64,000 nt of DNA from assembly GCA_963747235.1 (NCBI GenBank), contig CAVVEU010000024.1:576001-640000 (forward strand), in the 5' to 3' direction. Shown piece after piece: positions 20,071 to 30,129 of the stretch. The notes below the pieces were generated by a model. That model ran no database searches and had not been told where the DNA came from. It worked only from the letters and a program-made list of their open reading frames with translations. How positions within the stretch are numbered: position 1 is the first letter of the stretch; each line of letters starts with the position of its first letter. Made by a program: the position numbers and the translations under genes. The stretch is from an uncultured Candidatus Rokubacteria bacterium (lineage in GTDB: Bacteria > Methylomirabilota > Methylomirabilia > Rokubacteriales > CSP1-6).

Positions 20071-20700
20071 TCACGGGGCCGGCGGCAACCCCGCCAGCCA
20101 GGCCCCGATCGCCTCACCCAGCGGATAGAGCTTGCCGAAGAAGAAGTGGTCCGCCCCCTCGATGATCCGCTCCTCGGCCGAGGTGAGTGCGGCCAGGCGG
20201 TGGAGCGCCTCGACCGGACAGTAAGAATCCGCGGTGCCGGCTACCAGCAGGAGGTGGCCGGGGCCCGCCTGCAGGAAGTCGAGCTCGTACATCCCGAGCG
20301 GCGGGGCGATCAGGCCCAGCGGCGCCTCCGGAGCGCTCGGCCGGGTGGCCCGTGCCGCCATCGCGGCACCGAACGAGTAGCCGATCACCCCGACCCGGCT
20401 CCCGGCGGGCAGATGGGTCGCGAGCGCCGCCATCGCCGCGGTCACGTCCTCCTGCTCGCCGCGCCCCTTGTCGTGGGCCCCCTCGGAGCCGCCCGCCCCG
20501 CGGAAGTTGAAGCGGAGGGTGGCATAGCCGCCCGCCCGCGCGACCTCGGCGGCCCGGATGACCACGGGGTTGTCCATGTCGCCCCCGTAGAGGGGATGAG
20601 GGTGGCAGATGACGAACCCTCCGGTGGGGTTCGCGAGGGGTCCGAGCCGGGCCTCCAGGGCGGGGCCGTCCGGAACGTGGACCGCGAGGGCTTCTTCCAT
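20071..20700 (-). CDS. Alpha/beta hydrolase
   Basis: CHPHPLYGGDMDN, RFNFRG, GYSFG nucleophile elbow, GADHFF. Confidence 0.9.
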   Translation of the reverse strand: MEEALAVHVPDGPALEARLGPLANPTGGFVICHPHPLYGGDMDNPVVIRAAEVARAGGYATLRFNFRGAGGSEGAHDKGRGEQEDVTAAMAALATHLPAGSRVGVIGYSFGAAMAARATRPSAPEAPLGLIAPPLGMYELDFLQAGPGHLLLVAGTADSYCPVEALHRLAALTSAEERIIEGADHFFFGKLYPLGEAIGAWLAGLPPAP

Positions 20701-20777
20701 AGGAATTCCGACCTTAGGGGGTCCGGCGGGAATATTCAAGGGCCAGACCGCGTCACAGCCTACGAGGTATACTTCCG

Positions 20778-21290
20778 ATGATGCCGAGCCTCGGCTGTCT
20801 CTGGAATCGCCCGCGTCTCGAGCGCCTGGTCGATGGCGCGCTCGGGCCCCGCGCCGGGCGAGCGGCCACGTCTCACGCGGCCCGCTGCCCACGCTGTGGC
20901 GGTGAGGTGGCGCAGCTCACCCGGCTCCGCCTGCTGGTCCGGAGCGCGGCGCCGGACGTGGCCGATCCCGAGTGGGCCGGCTTCTGGCCCGCGGTCCGCG
21001 TCCGGATCGCCGGCGAGGCGCGCCAGCCGGTCCGCGAGTCCTGGTGGCTGCCCGTCTGGAAGCCGGTGTGGGGCCATCCGCGGGTCGCCCTCGGCAGCCT
21101 CATGGTCTCGAGCCTCGCGCTCGGCCTGGTGCTCTGGCCCAGCCCGCCGGTGATGCTGGCGGCGCCGGTGGTCGTGCAGGACGTCTCCTCCGCCGATCCG
21201 GACCGCAGCGTGATGGTCTACTCGAGCCCGGATGACGACGTGACGGTGATCTGGGTCTTCAACCCCGGGGAGCAGGACGAGCAGTCGTAG
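20778..21290 (+). CDS. Zinc-finger (ZAS/zf-HC2) anti-sigma factor-like membrane protein
   Basis: HAARCPRC (HxxxCxxC), a single TM and a C-terminal VTVIWV strand. Confidence 0.7.
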   Translation: MMPSLGCLWNRPRLERLVDGALGPRAGRAATSHAARCPRCGGEVAQLTRLRLLVRSAAPDVADPEWAGFWPAVRVRIAGEARQPVRESWWLPVWKPVWGHPRVALGSLMVSSLALGLVLWPSPPVMLAAPVVVQDVSSADPDRSVMVYSSPDDDVTVIWVFNPGEQDEQS

Positions 21291-22165
21291 CTAGTCCTTC
21301 AAGCTGGCCAGCCGCTCCTTCGCGAGCGGCGCTTCTTCCGATTGCGGAAAGTGCTCGACCAGGTACTGCAGCCGCGCCTGGGCGAGCGCGGTCTGCTTGA
21401 GCTCCACGAGGGCGAGCGCTTCCTTGTAGAGCGCGGTCGGCACCTTGCTGCCGCGCGGGTAGGCGACGACGACCTTCCGGAACTCCTGCACCGCCTGCTC
21501 GAGGTTCTCCCGCGCCTTCTCGGGCTGGCTCGCGGTGGCGCGCGCCATGCTGAAGTAGGCCTCCCCGATCCAGTACTGCGAGCTGTCGGCCAGGGGCGAG
21601 TCCGGGAAGCGCCGCAGGAAGTCACGGAAGCCCGACACCGCGAGCGGATAGAGTCCCTTGCTGAAGTCGAGGTAGGCCGCCTGGTAGCTCTCCTCCGCGC
21701 TGGCCCCGCCGGAGCGGGCCGGCGGGGGGACCGCCGCGACCGACGGCGCGGGCGCGCCGGACGCGCGCGGGCGGGGGAACCGGCGCCGCGCCGCCCGAGG
21801 GCGCCGCGCGCCCGATGGTCTCGACCCGCTGGGACAGCTCGTCCACGCGCGCGGAGACGCGCGCGACTTCCGCGGAGAGCGCGTCGAGCCGCGCGTTGAG
21901 CGCCGCGCTCTGCTTGCCGCTCTCCGCGCTCTGCTCGCGGGTGCGGCGATCGAGCTGGCCCACCACGGTCTCGGTGTCCCCGCGGCCCGCGATGCACCGC
22001 GAGCGTCAGCGAGTTGAGGTCCTGGCGGAGCTGGGCCACGTCCTGCTGCAGGGCCTGGCCGGAGACGTCGGCGCAGCCCGCGGCGGCGGTGAGCGTGACG
22101 GCGAGGAGCGTCCAAGCCGCGAAGGGGAGCCGGAGGCTCCCCTTCGCGGTCGATCTGGACAGACA
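21291..22165 (-). CDS. cpoB: Tol-Pal associated TPR protein CpoB/YbgF (frameshifts; start approximate)
   Basis: Lipobox-like LTAAAGC, coiled coil, TPRs (FPDSPLADSSQYWIGEAYF, YPRGSKVPTALYKEA); directly downstream of pal. Confidence 0.8.
22117..22149. terminator. Perfect 15-bp hairpin downstream of pal (terminator or stability element)
   Basis: CCGCGAAGGGGAGCC-GGA-GGCTCCCCTTCGCGG. Confidence 0.6.
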
Positions 22166-22183
22166 CGACGAACTCCGTGTCGA

Positions 22184-22766
22184 TCAGCGGGCCTTCACGA
22201 GGAAGTGCGCCCGCCGGTTCTTGGCCCAGCATGCTTCGCTGTGCTCGGTGCAGGTGGGCCGCTCCTTGCCGTAGGAGATGATCGTGATCCGGTTGGCCTG
22301 CACGCCCTGGCCGACCAGGTAGTTCATCGTCGCCTTCGCGCGCCGCTCGCCGAGCGCCAGGTTGTACTCGTTGGTGCCGCGCTCGTCGCAGTGGCCTTCG
22401 ATCAGCACGAGATTGTTGTTGGTCTTCAGCCACGTCGCGTTCGTGTCGAGCATCTTGGCGTCGGTGGCCCGGATGTCGTACTTGTCGAAGTCGAAGAAGA
22501 CGTCCTTCAGGTTGTCCGTCTCGCGGAACTCGCTCGGCGCCGGGCGGCGTCGTGCTGGGCGCGGCGGTCGAGGGCGCGACGGTTGACGGCGTCATCGCGG
22601 TGCTCGGCGCAGACGTCGAAGGCGCCGCGGAGGAAGGCGCGGGAGCGCCGGTCGGCGGAGGCGCGGAGGCGGCCGTGGTGGCGGGCCGCTTCGGGCACCC
22701 CGCGAGGAAGAGAGAAAGAACGAGCACTGGAGCAACCAGCAGCACGTTTCCCCGTCGATGCGCCAT
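22184..22766 (-). CDS. pal: Peptidoglycan-associated lipoprotein Pal (frameshift near 22540)
   Basis: Lipobox LFLAGC; VFFDFDKY; IEGHCDERGTNEYNLALGERRA; SYGKERP; KNRRAHF. Confidence 0.92.
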
Positions 22767-22827
22767 GAGTCAAATCCTCCTAGGTTTCATGCGCCTGATG
22801 ATCATTTTTCGTTACCAAAATATCGTA

Positions 22828-24177
22828 TCACGGAAGGCGCGGTGACCAAGAAGCACTTGTGGACTCCCCGGGCGCCCGCGTGAGGGGTTGCTGCTCCGTG
22901 CCGTCGGCGAGCATGGTGAAGAGCTGATACCCGCCCGCCAGACGGTTGGACTGGAAGACGAGATGGCGGCCGTTCGGGGCCCACGAGGCGCCCTCGTTGT
23001 TGCCGGGACCGGCGGTGAGCCGCCGCAGGTTCGATCCGTCGGGGCCGATGCCCCAGAGATCGAAGTTGCCCTGGCGCGACGTGAAGACGATGGTGTCGCC
23101 CTTGGGGGACCAGCGGGGCTGCGTGTTGAACCCGGCCTGGGTGAGGCGCCGCACGTTCGCGCCCTCGGCGTCCATCACGAAGACGTGCGCGCCCCCGGCC
23201 CGCTCGGACACGAACGCGATCTCGCGCCCGGTCGGGGACCAGCTCGGCTCGGTGTCGATGCCGCTGTAGGTGGTCAGCCGGCGGAAGGCCCCGGAGGCGA
23301 GGTTCAGCACGTACACCTCGGGGTTGCCGTCGCGGGACAGGGTCAAAGCTACCGACTTGCCGTCCGGGCTGAAGGCGGGCGAGGTATTGATGCCGAGGAA
23401 GCCGGCCAGCACCTGCACCGGCCGGTTCTCGAACGGGAACATCCGGTAGAGGTACGGGTAGCCCCGCATGTACGAGGTGAAGGCCAGCGAGCGCGTGTCC
23501 GGGCTCCACACCGGCGAGATGTTGATGGAGTTGTTCGACGTCACGCGCGCCGCGCTCGCGCCGTCGTAGTCCATCAGGCTGAGCTCCTTGCTGCCGGAGC
23601 CCGAGTTCACGTAGGCGACCTTGGTGTCCGCGACGCCCGCCTCGCCGGTGAACTGCAGCACCACCTCGTCCGCCACCTTGTGGGCGAGCCGGCGCGTCTG
23701 CGCGGCGGGCAGCTCGATCTTCTTGGCCCCGATCAACCGGAACTCGGGCGAGGTCAGGTCGTGCAGCCGCATCTCGAGCTCGGCGCGGTCGCCGCGCAGG
23801 GTGAGCACGCCCTGCAGGCCCGCGTGGGCGCCCGCCGCCGCGAAGTTGGCGAAGGCGGCCTTGAGCGCGGCGGGATCCCCGACCGGGATCGCGGGCACGT
23901 CCGAGACGACGCTGAAGAGGCTCGAGAACGTGAGGTCACGCGCGGTCACCTGGGACAGGCCGCGCCCGAGCCCCTGGGCGTCGGGGCCGCCCACCACCGT
24001 GAAGTGCGGGATCACGATGTTGAGCTTCTTGGCGCCGGTGGCCAGCACGTTGAGCAGCACGTCGGCGGCCTGCGAGCGGGCGGCGGGCGGGGAGGCGAGG
24101 GCGCCGCCCAGCGCGGCCAGCAGCACCAGCCCGACGAGGAAGCCGAGCGGACGTCCGGGACGCATCAGTGTGTTCAT
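22828..24177 (-). CDS. tolB: Tol-Pal beta-propeller protein TolB
   Basis: RRLAHKVADEV, repeated SP(x)WSPDG blades; upstream of pal. Confidence 0.93.
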   Translation of the reverse strand: MNTLMRPGRPLGFLVGLVLLAALGGALASPPAARSQAADVLLNVLATGAKKLNIVIPHFTVVGGPDAQGLGRGLSQVTARDLTFSSLFSVVSDVPAIPVGDPAALKAAFANFAAAGAHAGLQGVLTLRGDRAELEMRLHDLTSPEFRLIGAKKIELPAAQTRRLAHKVADEVVLQFTGEAGVADTKVAYVNSGSGSKELSLMDYDGASAARVTSNNSINISPVWSPDTRSLAFTSYMRGYPYLYRMFPFENRPVQVLAGFLGINTSPAFSPDGKSVALTLSRDGNPEVYVLNLASGAFRRLTTYSGIDTEPSWSPTGREIAFVSERAGGAHVFVMDAEGANVRRLTQAGFNTQPRWSPKGDTIVFTSRQGNFDLWGIGPDGSNLRRLTAGPGNNEGASWAPNGRHLVFQSNRLAGGYQLFTMLADGTEQQPLTRAPGESTSASWSPRLP

Positions 24178-24195
24178 GACTCACCCATTCATGTG

Positions 24196-25070
24196 TCAGC
24201 CGCGACGAAGGTCGAAGGTGAACAGGATGCGGAGCGACGGCTTCGTCCAGTCGTCGGGCAGTTTCGGGAAAGGGCCCGCCGCCATGACCGCGCGAAGGGC
24301 CGCATTGTCGTAGAAGGCGTTGCCGGAGCTCTTGTGGATGGCGGGCGGCTTGATCGATGCCGTCACGCAGGATCTCGACGTAGATCTGCGGCTTCTGCTG
24401 CGGGTCGCTGGGCTGGTTCTGACGCTGCCACTCCTGCTCGACCTTCTGGAGCACCTGCCGGAGGTACCACGCGTGCGGGAAGTCGCCGACGTCGAGGGTC
24501 AGGGCGCCCGCGCCGGTCACGGAGCCGGTCGGCGCGCCGAGCGATGCGGTCTCCGGGCGGCCGCGCGGACTCGGCCGTCTTCTCGCCCTGCGGGGTGCCG
24601 GCCGGCGGCGTCGCCAGCGACGGCAGCTCCTTCTCGCCGGGGCGGGGCAGGGTGGCCCGCGGCGGCAGCGGCCTCGCCGAGGGCAGGGACGGTGCGGGAA
24701 GGCTCGGCGCCTCGCGCTTCGGCGCCTCGCGCGGGGCGGTGGTGGCCTTGGGCTCCGGCTCGGGCTCGGGCGCGCGCGGCGCCACCGGCGCCTGCGGGCG
24801 CGCGGGCAGGGTCGGCGCGGCGGGCGCATTCGGGTTGCCGACCGCGGCCACCATCGGCACCAGGTTGACGACCTGGATCTTCTCGGAACGCCAGCCGCCC
24901 CACATCACGAACGCGGCCATGCCGCCGAACACCACGACGTGCACCACGGTGGAGAAGCCGATGGCCGCCAGCGGCAGGCGCCGCCGCCGCAGCGCCGGCC
25001 CCGGCCGTCTCAGACCGGGATCGGGGAGCGGACCGACGGGGTAGCGGCGGGCGGCCATCGTCGAGCTCAT
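24196..25070 (-). CDS. TolA/TonB family energy transducer (frameshifts near 24545 and 24360)
   Basis: TM with STVVH (SxxxH), Pro-rich linker, C-terminal SSGNAFYDNAALRAV..PFPKLP. Confidence 0.8.
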
Positions 25071-25507
25071 CGAGCGCGGGTCGGCTCCGTCACCATGCCG
25101 AGCTTCTCGATCCCGGCGCGGCGCACGCGATCCATCGTCTCGACCACGAGGCCGTACTGCAGGGCCTGGTCCGCCCGCAGGTAGAGCGTCTTGTCCTGCC
25201 GGTTCTTGAACAGGTCGCGCAGGGCCTGCTCGACCGCGCCCAGGGCCACCGGCTTGTCGTTGATGTAGATGGTCTGCTCCTTCGTCACCGTCAGCACCAC
25301 CCGCTCCTCGACCGCGGTCGGCTTGCCCGAGCTCTTGGGCAGGTTGACGTCGATGCCCCGGTACATGAGCGGCGCGGTGAGCATGAAGATGAGGAGGAGC
25401 ACCAGGATGACGTCGACCAGCGGGATGATGTTGATCTCGGACATCGTCCCGCCGATGCGGTAGCTGCCGCCGCCGCCGTAGTCGGGCGTGTCGACCTTAA
25501 TGGCCAT
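25067..25507 (-). CDS. tolR: TolR/ExbD biopolymer transport protein
   Basis: SEINIIPLVDVILVLLLIFM, LRADQALQYG. Confidence 0.9.
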   Translation of the reverse strand: MAIKVDTPDYGGGGSYRIGGTMSEINIIPLVDVILVLLLIFMLTAPLMYRGIDVNLPKSSGKPTAVEERVVLTVTKEQTIYINDKPVALGAVEQALRDLFKNRQDKTLYLRADQALQYGLVVETMDRVRRAGIEKLGMVTEPTRAR

Positions 25508-26237
25508 CTTTGGGCACCCGTGCCATCTTCTGCGCCGGACGAGCGAAGGCGTTCAGCAGGTCCAGCGTGAAGCCTTCCATCTCCATCGCCCAGTGCTTGG
25601 TGCGGTTCACGAAGAAGTTGTAGCCCATGACCGCGGGAATGGCCGCGCCGAGGCCGGCCGCGGTGGCCACGAGCGCTTCCGAGATGCCGGGCGCGACCAC
25701 CGCGAGGTTGGCCGAGCCCTGCTGGCCGATGTTCTGGAAGGCGGTCATGATGCCCCACACCGTGCCGAACAGCCCGATGAACGGCGCCGAGCTGGCCACG
25801 GTGGCGAGGAAGGGCAGGTAGCGCTCCATGCGCGCGACTTCGGAGGAGCCGGCCCGCCGGAGCGCGCGGCTGGTCGCGTCCAGGCGCTCGACGGCCAGAC
25901 CCTCCTCCGCGTCGTCCAGTACGTGGTCCACCATCTCCGCGCTGCCGTAGGCGGTGACCAGCTCCTGGCCCGCCGCCACGTAGAGCTGGGCCAGGGGGCT
26001 GTCGCGGTGCTTCTTGGCCGCTCCGTAGACCACCGAGAAGCGACGTGCTTCCCGGAAGATCTGCCGGAAGCGGAGCGACTCGCGCCGGATCTTCCGGAAC
26101 TCCCACCACTTCTCGACGATCAGCGCCCAGCAGATGACGGAGAAGGTCGCGAGGAGGAGCAGGACGAACTTGGCGACGGGACCGGCGCTGAGGACGAGCT
26201 CCGCAACGCCGCCGTTGGCACTTCCTGACCCTGGCAC
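25497..26237 (-). CDS. tolQ: TolQ/ExbB/MotA proton channel protein
   Basis: APFIGLFGTVWGIM, VAPGISEALVATAAGL. Confidence 0.92.
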   Translation of the reverse strand: MPGSGSANGGVAELVLSAGPVAKFVLLLLATFSVICWALIVEKWWEFRKIRRESLRFRQIFREARRFSVVYGAAKKHRDSPLAQLYVAAGQELVTAYGSAEMVDHVLDDAEEGLAVERLDATSRALRRAGSSEVARMERYLPFLATVASSAPFIGLFGTVWGIMTAFQNIGQQGSANLAVVAPGISEALVATAAGLGAAIPAVMGYNFFVNRTKHWAMEMEGFTLDLLNAFARPAQKMARVPKDGH

Positions 26238-26362
26238 CCGGGGGTCTCCTTGTACGAGTGAATGGGGAACGACGTGACGAATTCTTTGATTTGATGATAC
26301 CGGAGCCTTTTTCAGAGTGTCAACAAATTCGCCCCGAAAATGCCTGAAAAGTCGCTGAATTA

Positions 26363-26391
26363 TTGACAGTCTTGGGGTCCGGCCGTATAAG
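26363..26391 (+). promoter_or_regulatory. Sigma70-type promoter of lgt (probably leaderless)
   Basis: TTGACA(26363-68)-17 nt-TATAAG(26386-91), 6 nt before the ATG. Confidence 0.65.
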
Positions 26392-26397
26392 CCTTAC

Positions 26398-27180
26398 ATG
26401 TTCCAGTCGCCGGGCGCCATCGCGGTGCACGTGGGCCCCATCGCGATCCGCTGGTACGGCGTCCTCATGGCGACGGCCATGGCCCTGGGCCTGTGGCTCG
26501 CGCATCGGGACGCGCAGCGTCGGGGCCTCGATTCCGAGCGCCTGCTGAAGGCCTCCGAGCTGGCCCTGCTGGGCGGCCTGATCGGCGCGCGACTCTACTA
26601 CGTGGCGTTCAACCTCGACTACTACAGCCAGTTCCCCGGTAAAATCTTCGCGCTCTGGGAAGGCGGGCTCGCCATCCACGGCGGCGTGCTGGGCGGCATC
26701 CTGGTGGGTGGGATCTATGCGTGGCGGCGGCGTCTGCCCCTCCGGCACTATCTCGACGTGGCCGCGCCGAGCCTCGCGCTTGGACAGGCGATCGGGCGAT
26801 GGGGCAACTTCTTCAACGAGGAAGCGTTCGGCCGGCCCACCGAGCTGCCCTGGAAGCTGTACATCTCGCCGCCGCACCGGCCGCTGCCGTTCGCGCAGGC
26901 CGAGTACTTCCACCCCACGTTCCTCTACGAGTCCACGTGGGACCTCATGGTGTTCGGCCTCCTCGTGTTCGTGCTCCGCGATCGTCTCGTGCGGGCGCCG
27001 GGCGCGCTGTTCCTGGCCTACGTCGGGCTCTACTCGCTCGGCCGGATCTTCACCGAAGCCCTGCGAACCGACCCGCTGATGCTGGGCTCCGTCCGCGTCG
27101 CGCAGCTCGTGAGCCTGCTCTGCATGATCCTGGCCCTGGTGGGCGTGCCGCTGCTGCTGCGCCGCCGCCGCGCCGTCTGA
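26398..27180 (+). CDS. lgt: Prolipoprotein diacylglyceryl transferase
   Basis: IRWYG, GARLYYV, GGLAIHGG, GRWGNFFNEEAFG, HPTFLYES. Confidence 0.96.
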   Translation: MFQSPGAIAVHVGPIAIRWYGVLMATAMALGLWLAHRDAQRRGLDSERLLKASELALLGGLIGARLYYVAFNLDYYSQFPGKIFALWEGGLAIHGGVLGGILVGGIYAWRRRLPLRHYLDVAAPSLALGQAIGRWGNFFNEEAFGRPTELPWKLYISPPHRPLPFAQAEYFHPTFLYESTWDLMVFGLLVFVLRDRLVRAPGALFLAYVGLYSLGRIFTEALRTDPLMLGSVRVAQLVSLLCMILALVGVPLLLRRRRAV

Positions 27181-27202
27181 TCCGCGGCGGCCCCCCGGCG
27201 GC

Positions 27203-27877
27203 ATGAAGCGCTACGCGAGCCGCGACGGACGTCTCCGTCTCTTCGTGGGCGACAGCCGGCGCCTGGCCGGCATCGCCACCGGCAGCGTCGGCGTCATCCT
27301 GACCTCGCCGCCCTACTGGGTGCGCGGGCGTGGGCGCGCGCGGGCCGAGCGCTACGCGCGCGAGCTCGCGGCCGGCTTCGCGCGGGAGTGGCGCCGGGTG
27401 CTCGCGGACCACGGCGACCTCTGGCTCGTGATCGGCGACCGGCACGACGGGACCGAGTGGGTGGGGATGGACGCGCTCGCCGCGAGCTCCCTGCGCCGCG
27501 CCGGCTTCAGGCTGCAGGCCAAGGGGCTCTGGGCGCAGGTGCGCTCGCGCGAGCGCTGGGACAACCGGGTCAACCACCTGCTGCGCTTCCGGAAGGCGGA
27601 GCATCCGGTGCGGGTGGATGGGACCACGCTCTGCTGGATGCTGCCGCTGCCGCGCTCGCACCCGGAGAGCCTGTGGGACGCGACGCCGGACCCGGTGCTC
27701 CGCGGCCTGCTCGCGCTCTCCGCGCGCCGCGGCGCGGTGCTCGATCCGTTCGCGGGCGCGGGCACCGTGGGGCGCATCGCGGCCGCGCTCGGGCGCGAGT
27801 GGATCGGGGTGGAGCGCGATCCGCAGATGGCGGCGTTGACCGCGCGCCGGCTGCGGCTCCGCCCGGTCAGGGCCTGA
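27203..27877 (+). CDS. Orphan N4/N6 DNA methyltransferase-like protein (beta-class motif order)
   Basis: TSPPYW (motif IV) near the N-terminus; VLDPFAGAGT (motif I) near the C-terminus. Confidence 0.75.
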   Translation: MKRYASRDGRLRLFVGDSRRLAGIATGSVGVILTSPPYWVRGRGRARAERYARELAAGFAREWRRVLADHGDLWLVIGDRHDGTEWVGMDALAASSLRRAGFRLQAKGLWAQVRSRERWDNRVNHLLRFRKAEHPVRVDGTTLCWMLPLPRSHPESLWDATPDPVLRGLLALSARRGAVLDPFAGAGTVGRIAAALGREWIGVERDPQMAALTARRLRLRPVRA

Positions 27878-29094
27878 GCGTCGCGTAGACCAGCCGGCGC
27901 AGCGAGGCCTCGTCGAAGGCGGTGGCCTGCCGGCTCGGCGCGCTGGCCTCGGTCTTGAGCCCGGTCTCGCTCAGGATCACGCAGATGGTCGCGTCGGGAT
28001 CGATCGCCTTCTCGGCGAGGAGCCGTCGCAGCACCGCGAGCGCGGCCACGCCGGTCGGCCCAGCCCAGATGCCCTCGGTGCGGGCCAGCAGGGCCTGCGT
28101 CTCGAGGATCTCCTCGTCCTCCGCCTCACCCGCCACGCCGCCGGTCTCGTTCAGGATGCGCAGCACCCAGTCGCCCTTGCGGCCCGGGTTGCCCGCCGCG
28201 AGCCCCTCGGCCACCGTGTAGCCGATCTTCACCGGCTCGACCGGCCGCTTGCCGCGCCACGCGCGCGTGATCGCGTTGGCCCGCGCCGCCTGCGCGGCCA
28301 CCATCAGGGGCCGCCGCGGGATCCAGCCGAGCCGCTCGAGCTCGACGAAGCCGCGGTGGGTCGCGATGAAGGTCTCGCCCACCGCCGCGGGGGCCACCAC
28401 CACGTCCGGCGCCCGCCAGCCCGACTGCTCGGCGATCTCGTAGGCGAGCGTCTTCTTGCCCTCGTGCTTGTAGGCGTTGCGCGAGGCGCCGCAGTCGAAG
28501 AAGAGCCGCTCCTCGACGAGCCGGTCCCAGAGGTGATGAGGTCGTCGTAGACCCCCTGGTAGAGGACGAGATCGGTGGCGGTGGCGGTCATGTGCAGGAG
28601 CTTGGGCGCCGAGGTCCGCTCGTAGGCGAAGATCAGCGAGCGCAGGCCGGCGCGCGCGGAGTAGGCGGCGATGGACGAGCCCGCGTTGCCGGAGCTCACC
28701 ACCGAGGTGGCGCGGAAGCCGAACTGGAGCGCGGCCGCCACCGCGGTGGGGGAGGAGCGGTCCTTCACGGTGCCCGGTGGGATTGCTGCCCTCGAACTTG
28801 ACCTGGAGCCGGCGCACGCCGAGCCGGCGACCGAGGGCCGGGCAGTCGAGCAGCGGGCTCTGCCCCTCGCCGAGGGTCACGCGGTGGGCCGGGTCGGCGA
28901 TGGGCAGCACCGGCGCGTAGCGCCAGAGGCCGCCGCCGGTGAAGACCGCCGGCCCCGCCTGGCGAAGCGCCTCCCAGTCGTAGGTGAGCTCGAGGAGGCC
29001 GCGGCACGCCGCGCACTCGAGCACGTAGCTCGAGCGGGTGCTCGCGTCCGCACTCGATGCAGCGGAGGGCGGTCGCGAATGACTCTCACGTCAT
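27867..29094 (-). CDS. thrC: Threonine synthase-like PLP enzyme (several frameshifts)
   Basis: N-terminal CxxC pairs, LWRYAPVLP, VTLGEG, NPTGTVKDR, SSGNAG, EGKKTLAYEI, TGLK. Confidence 0.8.
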
Positions 29095-29106
29095 CGCGGC
29101 CCGAAG

Positions 29107-30088
29107 CTACTGCTCGAGGATGGCGATCATCGTCCTCGATGCGATGGCGCAGGGTGTGCTCGGCGAGCGCCCGCTTGCGCGCCCGCTCGCCGATGTCGCG
29201 CGCCTCGTCGGGATGGGCGAGGTAGTGGTCGAGCTGCCGCCGCAGCTCGGCCAGGTCGTGGTACACCACCGACCTCTTCCCCCGCGGTGAAGAGGTGGGC
29301 GAGCTCGTCCTTGGCGTCCACCACCTGGCACGCCGCGCTCGCCGCGAGCTCGAAGGCGCGCGTGTTCACGCCCACGATGTCGTTCATCGGGTGGTGGTGG
29401 TTCAGCGACAGCGTCGAGCCCGAGTACACCGCGAGCTTGGCCCGCCCCCACACCGGGCCGCCCGCCACCATCGCGCGCACCTCGGGCGCCTCGACGCGGT
29501 CCCAGCCGCCGCCCCAGAGCCGCACCGGGTAGCCCGCCAGCTCGCGCACGAAGCGCGTCCGGTAGGGATAGGCGTTGCCGACGAAGCTGATCGGCGCCGC
29601 GTAGCGCCGCGTCTCCTCCGCGGTCAGCTCGATCGGGTGGTGCTGCTCGGGCACGCAGTACATCGGCAGGTAGTGCAGGTTGCGCAGCCCCGCCTGCTCG
29701 AGCGCCCGCAGCGCGTAGCGCTCCTTGGTGAAGAAGGCGTCGTAGGCCTCGACGCAGTCGAACGGGATCATCCACAGCGGGTTGTCGGGGAAGAAGTTGA
29801 GGAAGCGGGTGTCGATCCGGGCCTTCACGCGCCGGATGAGGCCCGGGCGTGACCGGGCCCGCCCTTGATCACGAGCACGAGATCCGGCCGCCACGCGAGG
29901 CAGGCGCGCTCGAGCCGGCGGAGGATGAAGATCTGGTAGGTGGCCTTGGTGCTGCGGTTCTTGTAGAGCGGGTTATCGCGCCGGTAGGCGAAGGTCCGCA
30001 CCTCGTGGCCCATGGCCACGAGCTCGTCGCGGAAGTCCATCCCCATCAACCCGGGACGCGCGAACGGCAGGACGATCAGCCAGCGCAC
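29107..30088 (-). CDS. CgeB-family glycosyltransferase (frameshifts near 29850, 29270, 29140)
   Basis: PDLVLVIKG, ISFVG..YPYR, NTRAFELAA, ALAEHTLRHR. Confidence 0.8.
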
Positions 30089-30129
30089 GGGCGAAGCGTA
30101 TCACACCGGTATCACATCGACGGGGGGCC

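Noticed and set aside
27203-27877. Restriction-modification or defence island
   Set aside because: No nuclease, specificity subunit or mobile genes adjacent; the flanks are housekeeping genes.
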